Shown: piece after piece, positions 29,728-42,900 of the stretch | Layout of the letters: every line of letters begins with the position of its first letter | Position numbering within the stretch: position 1 is the stretch's first letter | NCBI RefSeq assembly: GCF_964204645.1 | Contig: NC_134029.1 | Location: 7,962,850-8,026,849, forward strand | DNA from: Tubulanus polymorphus | Lineage: Eukaryota > Animalia > Nemertea | Direction of reading: 5' to 3' | Length of the DNA: 64,000 nucleotides | The notes under the pieces: model-generated | The model's database searches: none | What the model saw: only the letters and a program-made list of their open reading frames with translations | Told to the model about the DNA's origin: nothing | Position numbers and translations under genes: made by a program

Positions 29728-31463
29728 GGGCGATAACCACCAAAATATAGCATTACTTCGAAAGATGGTGAAAAGATGATGAAAAGATAGTGAAATGATG
29801 ATAAAAAGATAGTGAAATGATGATAAAAAGATAGTGAAATGATGATGAAAAGATGAAACGATGGAAAGGTGAAACAATGAAAAGGTAAAACGATAGTAAG
29901 GTGAAACGATGAACAAGCGAAACGATGGAAAGACGTTGGAAGATGATAATTAAAAAGGTTATTATGTACCAGCTATAGTAATTTAATGTGGTGTTAGAGA
30001 CACAGCCGTTCAAGTTGAAGTTCAAATTTATTTCACAGAAAGCATGACAGGCTATGTACACAGGTTGAGAGAAAACAAACAATAAAATTTGGGTGTCACT
30101 AAACCTAAGACCCCCTAAACCTAAGACCTAAGACCCGTTAGGTCTTATGTTTAGGGGGTCTTAAACAAAAAATAGATAAACGGTGGCCAAACATAACCTC
30201 TTTGCGATACGGCATGAAGTAGCAGCTCAGATAGTTCGAAGACGAGATATTTGGGGGTCTTAGGTTTAGTATATTATATATAGGTGTCACTAAACCTAAG
30301 ACCCATAAACCTAAGACCCGACTCTAAATCATTATTTGTGTACGTAAGACTATTCAAAATGGTTCTAATATATAGATATTAGTTAAAATGATCCATCGAT
30401 GGCCTATTTAAATTTGGTTCATTTATCAGAGACGAGATATTTGGGGGTCTTAGGTTTATGGGTCTTAGGTTTAGTATATCATATATAGGTGTCACTAAAC
30501 CTAAGACCCCCTAATCATAAGACCTAACGGGTCTTAGGTCTTAGGTCTTAGGTTTAGGGGGTCTTAGGTTTAGTGACACCCAATAAAATTTAAAATTGTT
30601 TTAAACAAAGCTCAATTATAAAGAGAGAGAGAGAGAGAACAGTAGCTTTCAGTGTGGGCCAAGCAAAGCCTTTAGGCCGCTGTCGCAAGCACCCAGGGAA
30701 CAAACGAAAGGGAAATGAAGAAACAAAGGGGAAGGAAATGAGAGTTGATGATTTTTGATAATTCGTTAAGTTTCCCAAGTCTCTGTTTATAACGCATGCG
30801 CATTAGTAAGTGTTGGAAGTTCAGAAATTGTTATCGTGCGCATGCGTCACTACGTATGTATTTTTTTCTAAACTGGGTCATGTCAGTACGGTGAAATGAA
30901 CCTGCGTGAACTTTTGCAACGCGAAGTGGCAGTTTGTTTGGTCACTTAAGAGGATCATTTGTATTTTTAGCCATAACAAGTGTTCAAATGATCTTGCTGT
31001 AAGCTGAAAATCTAAGATATATATCGGTATATTAAAATAAATGAATGTATTTTTCTATTACATATTCGGGATTCGAACCTAGCGCATACAAGTAAATCCT
31101 AGGGCTATTAAAGTTCATCATTTCATACTCGGGATGCTATATAACTTTTTTACACGGCAAACTATAAACCAGCGTCATTAAAATTCATGTCGTAACGCTT
31201 GAAATACAATCAGTTATTAATCACCTACAGTGACTTGTATAACTCATCAAAGTTCACATGTAGTGCCGCATTGTTTCACCTTTCCATCGTTTCATCTTTT
31301 CATCACCGTGTATCTTTAGTCTTTTTATCATCATTTTACTATCTTTTCATTATTTCACTATCTTTTATCATCATTCTACTATCTTTTCATCATCTTTTCA
31401 CTATCTTTTCATCATCTTTTTGTTATCTTTCAAATTAATGCTATATTTTGGTGGTTATCGCCC
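29728..31463. mobile_element. ~1.7-kb element with ~170-200-bp low-complexity inverted arms
   Basis: gggcgataaccaccaaaatatagcatta plus gatga/aaaga-rich repeats at 29728-29900 are inverted at 31270-31463. No clear TSD. Confidence 0.65.
30091..30581. mobile_element. Mutator-like MITE with 10-bp TSD
   Basis: aataaaattt|gggtgtcactaaacctaagacc...ggtcttaggtttagtgacaccc|aataaaattt, with internal cctaaga repeats. Confidence 0.85.
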
Positions 31464-31774
31464 GCTATAGTGGAACCTCGGTAAAAAGAACTCGGATACA
31501 ACGATTCATCGGATACATGTATATAACAATTATGTATTTTCATACTGGATATAACGAACTATCGGTTATAACGTACAGATTTCCTGGTTCCGTGAAGTTC
31601 GTTGTAACGGTTCCGCTGTAACTATTTCTTCTCTCATTAGTTATCGCTTAATCTCGAAGCCTCCTATTCGTTTTCATAGTCTTTTCTACTCGTTTTTCAT
31701 TAGAAAGCACATTCCCTTCTCAATTTTGTCCTATGGTCATAGTTTTTGTTTTGTTCGCCAATATTTTGAAACCA

Positions 31775-31941
31775 TGGAGTGGCGGAGTGGCGCACTTGGT
31801 ATGGTCAATCCAGGGTTTATGGGTTCAAACCCTGGTGGCGACAGAGTTTCTTGGACGAATCTCTCTTGGGAAAAACAATTGGGAAAAAGAAACATCGAAC
31901 CCGCGTGGCGCTTAGCAGGTTTAGCCGTAATCACTGCGAGC
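31775..31941 (+). mobile_element. tRNA-derived SINE-like fragment
   Basis: A-box-like tggcggagtgg and B-box ggttcaaacc, but no complete cloverleaf; abuts the acceptor of the truncated SAT copy. Confidence 0.5.
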
Positions 31942-32266
31942 ACATTTCAGATTTAGAGCGAGATGGATTCGGCGATAAACCGCTTTACCAATGCCCGTAT
32001 GAACTGTACACTAAAATAAGACATATAGTTCATGCATACTTATTCTTTGATAACCGTATCGTCATACATTGCAGGCAATAAAGTAGTGGCTTACTGTTTT
32101 TATTATCCCGTGTATTCGTCATTTGCGGGACGGTCGGTTTACCTAGAAGATATATACGTAACGCCAGTGCATAGGGGATTTCACTTAGCTTCTAGTCTGA
32201 TCCGTCAGTTGAGTAAGGTAAGCGTTGTAAATGGTCATATGACGCTCTGTTCGCAAGATCTATTAA

Positions 32267-33703
32267 AGGGTAACTGACACTTTTTAAAAGATTTTCTACT
32301 TTTTACACTAAACGATATATTATAGTATACAATAAGGCTAGGTGATTTCATAATTGGACAAATCTTTTCAATCTAGTCAGAATTGATGATTTTGATGTTC
32401 GCGCACCTGTTCAGTGTATACATTGCTTCTGCTGAACGCGTGGTACTGTGTCTATTAATAGAACTACGTCACTAAAGTAACGGCTCGGAAATGATGTCTA
32501 TAGAAATGAATAGGAAATAAGCTACAAGAGCAATTCAACTTAATTTTATACCTATTTGGCATTCGAATTGAGACAAAATGCCTCTTGATTTTGAAAGTCT
32601 ACATATTAATGATTATACTTAACTGTTGAATGGACCATATCCGTTCCAACTAAGCGCAAAAATAGGATTTGAATAGCAATCCATGGCATTTTCTAGTAGA
32701 CAGCAGGGAACACGGATGTTTAAATCATCGTTTTGTAATATCATTTAGTGATAGTAAGTAAGATCATGGTTAGATCTAAGAATATTTTGACTAATGAACT
32801 GATGATGAAACTTAGACAGAATTAGCTGCAAGAATAATTTCAATTCTTTTCTTGAAATATACCTCGTATTGGTAGCGGCTTTGGTCACAAAATAAGAATA
32901 TTTCCTCATCCATCCTATTTTAAAACTTAGAAATAACATTTGTGAAAGATTTGTGATGTAATCTATCAAAACTCTTCTGCAGCGTGAAACTTTAATCGAA
33001 AAACATTATTCCTTTGAATATTTGTTGTAAAGCTGTAGAAATTTATGAAAGTTTTTGTAGAGTTTTGAAGTGTTAGTTTTAAAACTAGGCCTACTTAGTC
33101 TTAAATGACTTTGAAAAATAGTAAACGAATATGAATCTATTTATTCTTTAGCGAGATCGAAATCTGTGATTACATAAGACATTGTAGTATGCTTGTGGTG
33201 CTGAACTATAGGTGAACTATGGAGCAGCAGTAACAGTGCTGAGAGCTTAGCATAGTGTACTTTAAAATAGCTTCATAGCAGCGGATTGAAATCTGCATCT
33301 TCAATTTGATCGATTTAGCCTATTCAAATTACTCATTGATTCTTTGAAATAGGTTTATGCAATAGACAATAGATCCTTTTAACTCCCTGGCCAGTTTCAA
33401 AGCTGTAAAACAATCTGGCATTGAGATATAACAGAAAATACACGCAGTTTCCTCAAAATTCAACACATTTCTATAGACGCTATTTCTCAGCTCTGCCTGT
33501 AATGACGTTGCAGCGCGCACCTGCTGATTTAGCCGACGCTGAACAGTAAGCGATGTAAACAACGAAATGAGGTCAAAAATCTTGTTACAAAATCACAAAT
33601 TGCGCGTTAACTAAACATTTTGGAACAGAACGGTTGAAGATGAGTGTATAGATCAATAGAATACATCATATTTTGAAATAAAAAAAAAAGTGTCAGTTAC
33701 CCT
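32267..33703. mobile_element. Non-autonomous Kolobok-like DNA transposon
   Basis: TTAA|agggtaactgacacttttt...aaaaagtgtcagttaccct|TTAA. AG...CT termini with TTAA TSD fit Kolobok better than piggyBac (CC...GG). No transposase ORF. Confidence 0.75.
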
Positions 33704-33724
33704 TTAATATATAACCGGATGACC

Positions 33725-33874
33725 TAGTCAGTAACCTGACTGTGGTTTAGTTTCCGGATCGGATATTTTCCCAAACCACAGTCAGGAATGGGAAGGTCAT
33801 TTTTGTATGCAATCATTGGTATAAGCCCATCCGATTATAAAAAGCTTACCACCTACGATTAGGTAACTAACTAC
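33725..33874. mobile_element. 150-bp element with 9-bp TSD
   Basis: cggatgacc|tagt...acta|cggatgacc; the paralogous intron at ~37120 has a single cggatgacc (empty site). Confidence 0.85.
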
Positions 33875-34612
33875 GGATGACCAAGACCATTATTGTATTA
33901 CTTGTAGATGGAGCTGGAAAATGGGTGCGCGGTTATAAGATGCACCGTACTGGAGTGGAATAAAAGAGCGTATGAAATGTATAAACTTCTGGAAGCGGAC
34001 GATCTCACGCAAACAATACAAAGGCGTTGCATGTCGTGGAATCGGGAAGCAATCCGAAAATTGGCGTCTGCCGAACTTCACCCGAATATACACGTCGACA
34101 TACAATAACCTATAAGATTTTTTATCGGGAGTAAACGATTTTTTTTCGTGAATTTTATTCTTCTTATGACATCTGCGACACATGCGAACTGCATGCCACG
34201 TGTCATACAAATTTATTGTCATAATTCGCCAGCCTATGGTGGTATGAAACGTCCAACTTGTTTACAACTTGAATTACTCGTTAAGTTTACGGAAATGCCT
34301 TGTTTGAGATATCTAGAATTTGTGTTTTTGTAAGAATATCTTCACAGATAGTGATATCACCCTCAGGTATTCGCCATTCCTAGAGAATCATTAAAGTTTG
34401 AAGAGTCAATTCTTTAGCGCGATCTTTTTGTCGGTATCTTCCTCCACTTCATTCACGTCCAAGTAGATTCCTATACATTTGTGGCCTTGGCCATCATCAG
34501 ACGAATGCGGTGATGTGTCGAATGTCCTTTCGCTCCTCGAAATAAAAAGTCGATATTTTTCCATTAAAAGATCAGTTATGATTCTATTTCCGCTTTTCAA
34601 GTCTGTCTGTGT

Positions 34613-34903
34613 TACGGAAGCCTCTAGGTGACATACAAGATAATTTTTTCACGATTTCGACTTACTATGTCGAATTCGATATTCGACTTATTATGTCGAA
34701 TTTCGAGTTTTCTTTTTATGTCGAATTTCGACTTAATTGTGACGAATTTTGTTATTTTCATGTAGACTTTCTATCTCGAAATTCGACATAAAAATAAGTC
34801 GAATTTCGACAAAATTAACTCGAATTTCGACTTATTATGTCGAATTTCGAGATAATAAGCCGAAATTGTGAAAAATATCTCGTATGTCACCTAGGCTACC
34901 GTA
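34613..34903. mobile_element. MITE with internal ~20-bp tandem array, copy A
   Basis: TIR tacggaagcctctaggtgacata / tatgtcacctaggctaccgta; flanks ctgtgt/ttgtgt; absent from the paralogous block at ~37840. Confidence 0.8.
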
Positions 34904-34974
34904 TTGTGTCGACCAAAAAGCACGATAGAGGTTTGTAGTACACAATTGTTTTTAGGCTAGCAGAGACCAAATAC

Positions 34975-35455
34975 TACGGAAGCCCCTAGGTGACATATGA
35001 GATAATTTTTTTCATAATTTCGACTTATTAAGTCGAATTTCGACATAATAAGTCGAATTTCGACTTAATAAGTCGAATTTCGAGTTAATTAAGTTGAATT
35101 TCGAGTTTTATTTTCATGTCGAATTTCGACTTATTAAGTCGAAATTCGACTTGTTAAGTCGAAATTCGACTTAATAAGTCGAATTTCGACATAATAAGTC
35201 GAATTTCGTGTTAATTAAGTCGAAATTCGACATGAAAATGAAACTCGAAATTCGACTTAATTAACTCGAAATTCGACTTAATTAACACGAAATTCGACTT
35301 ATTATGTCAAATTTCAACTTAATTAACACGAAATTCGACTTATTGTGTCGAAATTTGACTTATTAAGTCGAAATTCGACTTATTATGTCGAAATTCGACT
35401 TAATAAGTCGAAATTGTGAAAAAACTTTCTCGTATGTCACCTAGGGGCTTCCGTA
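34975..35455. mobile_element. MITE with internal ~20-bp tandem array, copy B, 6-bp TSD
   Basis: aaatac|tacggaagcccctaggtgacata...tatgtcacctaggggcttccgta|aaatac with an internal gtcgaaattcgacttattat array; empty site gaccaaatacattgc at ~37900. Confidence 0.88.
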
Positions 35456-35745
35456 AAATACATTGCAGGATATACATTAATCTCAGAAAATAATGATAAT
35501 CATTGTATGTTTACTTTACACAGTATTTTAATATTCATATTATATTGGCATTTTGTAGTTGTGAAAAAATCTATCGGTCACCGACTTATTGTTGGAGTTT
35601 TTGAATCTTTTCCTTACTCTCAGGTACGGCAATTTAACGGTTTCATTTTGACAGTTGAATTGAATTTATCCGAGTTCTGATATTCGCCGATTCAAGAAAT
35701 AAATAAAACGAACTTCTATTTTTCATTTTCATTTCTTCGTTGGTT

Positions 35746-36076
35746 CTCTGGCATTGTCGGCATACAATCCTCCCCACGCTCGTTAAAATAGTGTTCCTTG
35801 TTGGTGCACCATTCTTCACGCGTGATACCTGGCCCGATGTTACCCAGGGCCCAGTTTTATTGACTTGTATTATCTTTAACCCAGGGGCCAACTCAATTCA
35901 TTTTGAATTGAGTTAACCCCTGGGTTAAAGTTACAACCAGTCTATAAAACTGGCCAATGATTGATGCATATGTAACAATCGTAATTCTCGGCCGAGTTCG
36001 AGTTTGAGCAGCTTTGGACTTCAGCAGCAATGATCTGCAACGCAATTAGCAAAACCATTTATTGCTTGAATCCTAT
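35746..36076 (-). pseudogene. Pseudogene of the secreted 8-Cys peptide
   Basis: ATG changed to ATA; early TAA; ~110-bp MITE inserted at ~35845-35956; three Cys lost (GC>GN, CC>WC, EC>ER); stop lost. EHYFNE and DCMPTMP are still readable. Confidence 0.85.
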
Positions 36077-36371
36077 GTTGAAATATGATTTGTTCTAAAA
36101 TGAATATGCAAAGTACTGAGATCCGCATTGAAATTGAAACCAAATTAGTCTGCATTACGATCTTATTAGATTATAATTTTGAAATGTCACTCCGAGCGAG
36201 GTATACACATTCATCATTTTCTATGCAAGACAATATATTCGAACTAGATATATAATTCGAATAAGTAACGACGTCACATGAATCGGGTTAATATATGTGC
36301 GAGACAAATCATCAGTTGACAAATGTGTCAAAATATCATCACTGATCAACACTGGATCATATATATCAGAC

Positions 36372-37397
36372 ATGTCTGGATATAAAATACGAAAAGCAGT
36401 CAAAGAAGACTGCAAATGTATCATCAGTTACATCAAGGTTAGGACACTAACCTTACTAGCAAAGAATCCGTCCAGGACGCCATTTGGTACCAAAGACCTG
36501 TTAACCCAAAGCGCACCAGTCCGCGCCAACCCGTGACAAAAATTCGCGGAGAGATTCAGACGTGCACCATGAGTAGCGATTGAACGCGTCGATCAATATT
36601 CCGAATGTTTGAATTTCCATTCAACGATTACATTCCGTTGGGAATTTGTTGGATTCTTTTCAGGAATTAGCAGAATTTGAAGGAATGTTGGACGATGTGA
36701 AGATATCATCTGAAGGCAAGATTTATCCGTTTCTCGCTTAATCATATTCATATCACTAGATATGCGCATCAATCAACCCTTTTATAGATCCATTTTAATT
36801 TCATTTCAGATTTAGAGCGAGAAAGATTCGGCGATAAACCGCTTTACAAATGCCTAGTGGCAGAAGAAATTACAAGTATAAAACATCTACGTACACGTAT
36901 ACATATTCTTTGATACCGTATCGTCATTAATTGCAGGCAATAAAGAAGTGGCTTGTTGTTTTTATTATCCCGTGTATTCGACATATGCGAGACGGTCGAT
37001 TTACCTAGAAAATATATACGTAACGCCCGAGCATAGGGGATTTCATTTAGCTTCTAGTTTGATCCGTCAGTTGAGTAAGGTAAGCGTTGTAAATGGCCAT
37101 TTGACGCCTTTTACTCTATAACCGGATGACCAAGACCAATCAATCTTATTGTATTATTCGTAGATGGAGCTGGAAAATGGGTGCGCGAAAATAAGATTCG
37201 TTGTACTGAAGTGGAGTAAAAGAGCGTATGAAATTTATAAACATCAGGAAGCGGACGATCTCACGCAAACAAAAAAAAATGTGTTGCATGTCGTGGAATC
37301 GGGAAGCAATCCGAAAGTTGGCGTCTGCCGAACTTCACCCGAATATACACGTCGACACGCAATAACTTATACACGTGTGTATGGAATCTGTTCATAG
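36372..37397 (+). pseudogene. SAT-like copy 3, probably decayed
   Basis: Exons 36372-36437, 36664-36715 (donor GT>GC), 36810-36875, 36937-37079 and 37164 onward. A +1 frameshift in an A-run near 37271; substitutions LED>LEN, DG>ER, EWN>KWS. Confidence 0.75.
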
Positions 37398-39949
37398 TCC
37401 TTGAAGATTTTCTATCGAGAGTAAACGATTTTTTTCGTGAGTTTTATTCTTCTTATGACATCTTGTACCGAACTGCATGCGCACATGTCATACAAATATA
37501 TTGTCATAATTCACCAGCCTATGGTGGTATGAATGTTTAACTTTTTAACAGCTTCAATTGCTCGTTCAGTTTACAGAAACGCCTTGTTTGAGATATCTGG
37601 TTTTTGTATTTGTCACTGATAATAATATCATCCTATTCAATTCTTTAGCGTGATCTTTTTGTCGGTATCTTCCTCCACTTCATTCATATCCAAGAAGACT
37701 CCTGTACATGTGTGGCCTCGGCGGCTATCATTAGACGAATGCGGTGAAGTGTCGAATGTCCTTTCGCTCCTCGAAACAAAAAAGTCGATATTTTTTCCAT
37801 TAAGAATCAGTTATGATTTTATTTCCGCTTTTCAAGTCTGTGTCGACCAAAAAGCACAATAGAGGTTTGTAGTACACCATTGTTTTTAGGCTTGCAGAGA
37901 CCAAATACATTGCAGGATATACAATATTAATTTCAAAGGGCAAGAGAGCTAGATAGGGAGGCGTTCCGCGGAAGAATTGTCACACAACTGGCATTGAAAT
38001 TTAAGTACGGCACTGAAGAGAGGTTCGTGGGTAATGCCTCTGCAAGAAAACGATGTCTTATCTTTTCCTATCGACGACAAAATATCAGAGCGCCCGCCAA
38101 ATAACTCCCTTGTTCTTTATCTATATATGCGTAATAAAACTAGTCGCTTTGTAGAAGACTCCGTTCGTTATTCGACGATAATCCATACAGACAGAGAATA
38201 TTAATAATCATTACATGTTTACTTTATACAGTATTTTAATATTCATATTATATTGGCATTTTGTATTTGTTTTTTTTTTAAATCGTTAAATTCAAGAGTT
38301 CAATGTATCAAAGTAATCGTTATATAATCACAATCAACGTATCAAAAAGAAATAAACTTTCATAGATTTATCGTGATATATATAATCAAAACTTAAAACT
38401 ATAAAGCTACCCTACGGGAAAGCGAGAGAAATATAAATGACTAATTAATGCGAGCTTTTAGTAGTAACTGCGGTTTAACAGCGTGTAACAAAAAAGAAAT
38501 ATCATGATCATCATCATCATCATCGATTTTGTGTTGTCAATGGTCGTCGAGTAAAAAAAAAGACAAACGAATATACGCGGGTTTTCAGATAATTCAGGAT
38601 AACAGAATAATAATTACGCGCAGTAACCAAGGCCGACTCTGCCTTCGATCGATAATATGCTATATACCATAGTATACTTAATCGATATATGTAAATTGCC
38701 CGGATATAAAATGGATTGTGAATAAATATTGCATAACTAATTTTTATATTTAACTTTAAATAATTTCGCACCAAGTCCAGGGCAGCGGTATGACAATTTA
38801 GAAATCATAATCTATGATACAGTTTTGCAATTTAATTGTATTATAGTGTTGCATAATAAATCGAAAAGAACGTGTCTGCGCTAAACAACGTACACCGAAT
38901 TCGTTTTGGCATTTCGCGTGGACAGCCGACTAAGAAGCGTCAAGAAGAATATACATTCAACATTATACCCGATTACCACCACATCTTTAATAACCACTAA
39001 TTATTACGTTTAATTCGACCAACTCGTCGTCGTCCGATGACGGAAAATCCATTCGAACGCATCGAAACTAGCGAGACGCCGTCAGGTCGATACGGCGTTC
39101 AAATGTCGGCCATTATTTTTCGGTCGCCGGACGACGACGAGCCGGTCTGTGTCGACAAGCGTGGAAGGATCCGTTCAACAAGCTCCCTACTATACGTAAA
39201 CAAAGAAACGACCAAAATTACGGATACGCTTTCAAGAACTAAGATCATTATTAGCAGTCGAGAAAGATTATCAATATAATCATCTCAATATTATCATTAT
39301 CATATACATTTCGATATAAAGACACGAGTTTTACATGCCAGAAAAGACTCCGAATAGATTACTATAATAATTTTCACAATCGCATTTTAGGGATAAATAA
39401 AAAATAAAACTATCAATTTTTTTTCATATCTACAATTCGATTCGGAACTAAAGCTGTTGACATTGTGTTCGCGACTTCTCGTGTTCCGGCAATGGACAGC
39501 AGTTTACCACAAAAGATCGGTAAAAAAAAATTTATTTATCTGTATAAATATGTTTGAATTTTCGATGAACTATATCCGGCCGCCACGCCCGATTACGAGA
39601 TGTTGCCGCGCTGCTGCTAGCGAGATGTTCATCATTGCCGTTAGATGGCGCCACCACACAGTGCCAGAGCTTTAGACATTCCGAAGATGAAGCACACATA
39701 TTTCCAGGCAATCGAAGATTTATTTTCTCTTTTTTGATGAATAAATATTATACTTGTTGTAGTAGTAATAATAATAATAATAATAATAATCATAACATGC
39801 CCGCCCAGTTCAAAATTGTCGAATTAATTACGCTGATGACTAACATGTTATATCGTAATGACGTTTTGTACAAAAAGTGTTCTTTTTCGCGTTTGATGTT
39901 GTGTCGAGTATAAAAAGAACTACGAAACTTGTGTTGAAACGGGCAAAAT

Positions 39950-42900
39950 TTAATAACCGGCCAACTCGGCGAAAGTGACGTCCAATTCGTCGCTGATGGC
40001 CTTGTACTTGAGTTTCTCCGCCAGAAGTTCGTCTGCAATTGAAAAATAGGCGTTCGTTTTAGATAGAAGACAGCACGTCGCCTCAAACTAGTTTTAGACA
40101 TTGTAGAATCAAAGATCTTAAGGACATTAGTCTGTTTTATCGCATTTCATTTAGAAGTACGTGTAGCACAACGTTATTTCAATAAATTGGAATTGGCACG
40201 TATACTTTATAATACAGGGCTCGTCACGTTACAAACATATTAGTCGAAGTAGAAACCAAAATCAAATCCATTTTCATCGCATGTCCTTCGACAATGCATT
40301 TGATTTGTTTCATCACCCCGACTAACCTACATTTACTATCAGCGTAACAAGTTTCGTTTTTATGAAAGTCGTTTAAGAATTGACCGCCAAAAACTAAATA
40401 TATAATACAAATTCATGCTAGAATCAAATAAATTAAGTCCTGAAATGTTCGAAATTGTTTCGAAGTTTCAGAATGATCTTTTTTGGAATCTCTATATCAA
40501 TATCGTCATTAATCGATAAAATCATGAAAAAGCAGTCACATTGATAACAGAAAAAAGGCAGGCGTATTCTTACCCAACCCACCCGATCTCCCGAGTACGG
40601 ACGTGACAACATCAACCATAATATCAACATCGATTTCACACAAATTATCTCCAAAAACATTCATGCATTTTCCATCTTTTCCCACCCTCGTTATCGATGC
40701 CATTAACTGGCACGTAAACGCATCGAACTTTCAATCAACGGGTTGGTCGGAATGTAAGTAATGAACCGAAAAAATATTTCACAAAAAAAAATTCAAAAAT
40801 ATTTTCCAAATAGCCGAGTTCGAGCGACAAAAGAAGATTCCGTGATCATCAAGTTTGAAAGAACAACAAAGTGCGATACATTCAATAATTTGCCTCTCTC
40901 TATCACCAGATAGAGCGTCGTCGTACATCGGACAAACTGAATGAAAATTTCACCGAGACACACAGAATAAGACTCCATTTAGCGAGAACAAGAAGGAAAC
41001 ATTTTGTCGTATTGTTAGCCTCGCTTGGCATATTTCGACTCAAGAGAAATCAAAGATATAGAAATCAAAAATCCATTTTTCATATAAGTATATATATCAT
41101 GATAAGTCGAACATTTTCGTGTGGTTATCATAAACACATTCTGAAGACAAGTCACAAACAATGCAAAGCTACAGTACGTAAACTTGTATCTTAATGTACT
41201 GTAGTTTTGCAACATTTTTGTGACTTGTCTTAATAAGGGGTATATGTTAACTTGAAAACGTTCGACCTTTTTGATTTCAACATTATAAAAAACATTTCGT
41301 TCTTCTATGGATTTTTAATCATTTGAACTCTCTACCAAGGAGAAATCTATCAAAGAGTAAGAATAAGAAGTCGAGGCTATACATTGGTATACCAGATGAC
41401 TTCCTTTTTCTCGATTTCGTAATTCAAATCGTGACGAAACGTAACGTTCTCGTTCGTTATTGAAATGATACAATGAAAACTGGTCAATGGAAACCCGGTT
41501 CAGATACCACCTGCCTTTTAGTATATCATTGACTGAAATTGCGCGATACGCTCCTTCCAAGCGACGACCAAACCTGCGGTTTTTAGAAGTGACAAAACAA
41601 AGACACAAAATGGTGAGAAATTTCATCGAGGCGCGGGGAGTGCCATCATCGGCCTCACGAGAGGCTATCCGTAGTGGAACAAAATTCCAGTGGATAGATT
41701 ATAGGTCCGTTAACCGATGAGTCCGGACCAGTTGATTTGAATTCAATCCAAACTGAGCCATGTATGGAATTCTCTCATACGAGCATTTGGTCAGCAAAAT
41801 ATTTTTTCGATTCGAATAGAAGTGAAATTTACACTGGAATTTTGCGCAACTTCATCCGAACACAAGCTGTTAGTGGCATTGAACTTGTGCAGGTTCCGTC
41901 GTTTAGGGGGGGGGAGGGCGCAGGAGGGTGTCAAAAGGGGCCCCTCGTACTATGGAGAGCCATGGCTCCGCGTCCATTATGTACTTACTTACTTACTTGT
42001 TACACAAATCAGTCGCCGTTAATGTATTTATAGGTCGCTTAGATCATTCAGAGTAGATTGGAACTCATGTTGCAGTTGTTGGTAATTAGTTTGGGTATTA
42101 TGAAGATCATCTGTTCAAACAACATGCAAAAACAATGCGGATTAGTTCACATGAAAACTGGGGACATCGTTGCTGAATAGTTGGTGGTACCCGCTCCTGA
42201 GAGCTCTCTGTCGGCTCACAAGGCACGATCATTCGTCGAAATTAAACAACATAGGTAATCAATCCGATAAGAGTTGCCAACACAAGAATTTCTATAAATC
42301 CAAAAATCTATTTTACCAGTTTCTAATTGTCACCATAAATGATAGCACTGGCGTATATAGCTATTACTAAATACCAGAAATCTGATATGGTTGGAAATTT
42401 CTTTTTCAGATACATACTGGTAATGTATAAGGAGAATGGTATACATGGAATTTCGATCAAAATTTTTGTTTCAAATGAAATGTTCATCATCATGAACTAC
42501 GCAATGTAAATAGATGTTTTGCAGGAACTAGGAATTTGAATGGTTGGCAATTCCGATCAGAACATGCTACAGCGTGAAATCAAATAGTTGTGATGAGAAT
42601 GAAATCAATTAACTTAAAAGTTTTCCATCATGAAAACTATTTGATTTCACAAAATGAAACAAAACAAGACATGAAAAATTTCAATTGAAGTAATTCTAAT
42701 CTTAATTTCTTTTTCAAAGCAGTGTTTGTTAATGGGCAATAATAATACATGCATTATACTTCATCTGATTCCCTCACTGGGTCTTTGAAGTCAAGTTTTT
42801 CTCTCAAAATTTGTAAAATAAATTAAAATCCTTTTTCTCGAAGATAACTTTTTTCAATTCATAGATTTACTAGTTAGTAGTTTCTTTGACAACGCTCTTA

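Larger units (their letters stand above)
31951..34108 (+). pseudogene. SAT-like copy 2, 5'-truncated
   Basis: Exons 1-2 are absent. Exon 3 (from 31951) has lost its 3' end and donor. Exons 32075-32217 and 33908-34108 are still open. Confidence 0.8.

Noticed and set aside
29581-30082. Hydrophobic Phe/His/Ser-rich ORFs (also 31199-31438)
   Set aside because: Translations of low-complexity repeat arms.
31775-31850. tRNA gene
   Set aside because: Only A/B-box-like motifs; no acceptor stem or cloverleaf, so SINE-like.
34650-35420. CRISPR-like array of palindromic repeats
   Set aside because: No unique spacers, no cas genes, eukaryotic context, and bounded by TIRs and a TSD.
41315-41720. 103-aa and 77-aa ORFs between the two tropomyosin terminal exons
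   Set aside because: No recognisable domain or splice context; possibly a decayed repeat.
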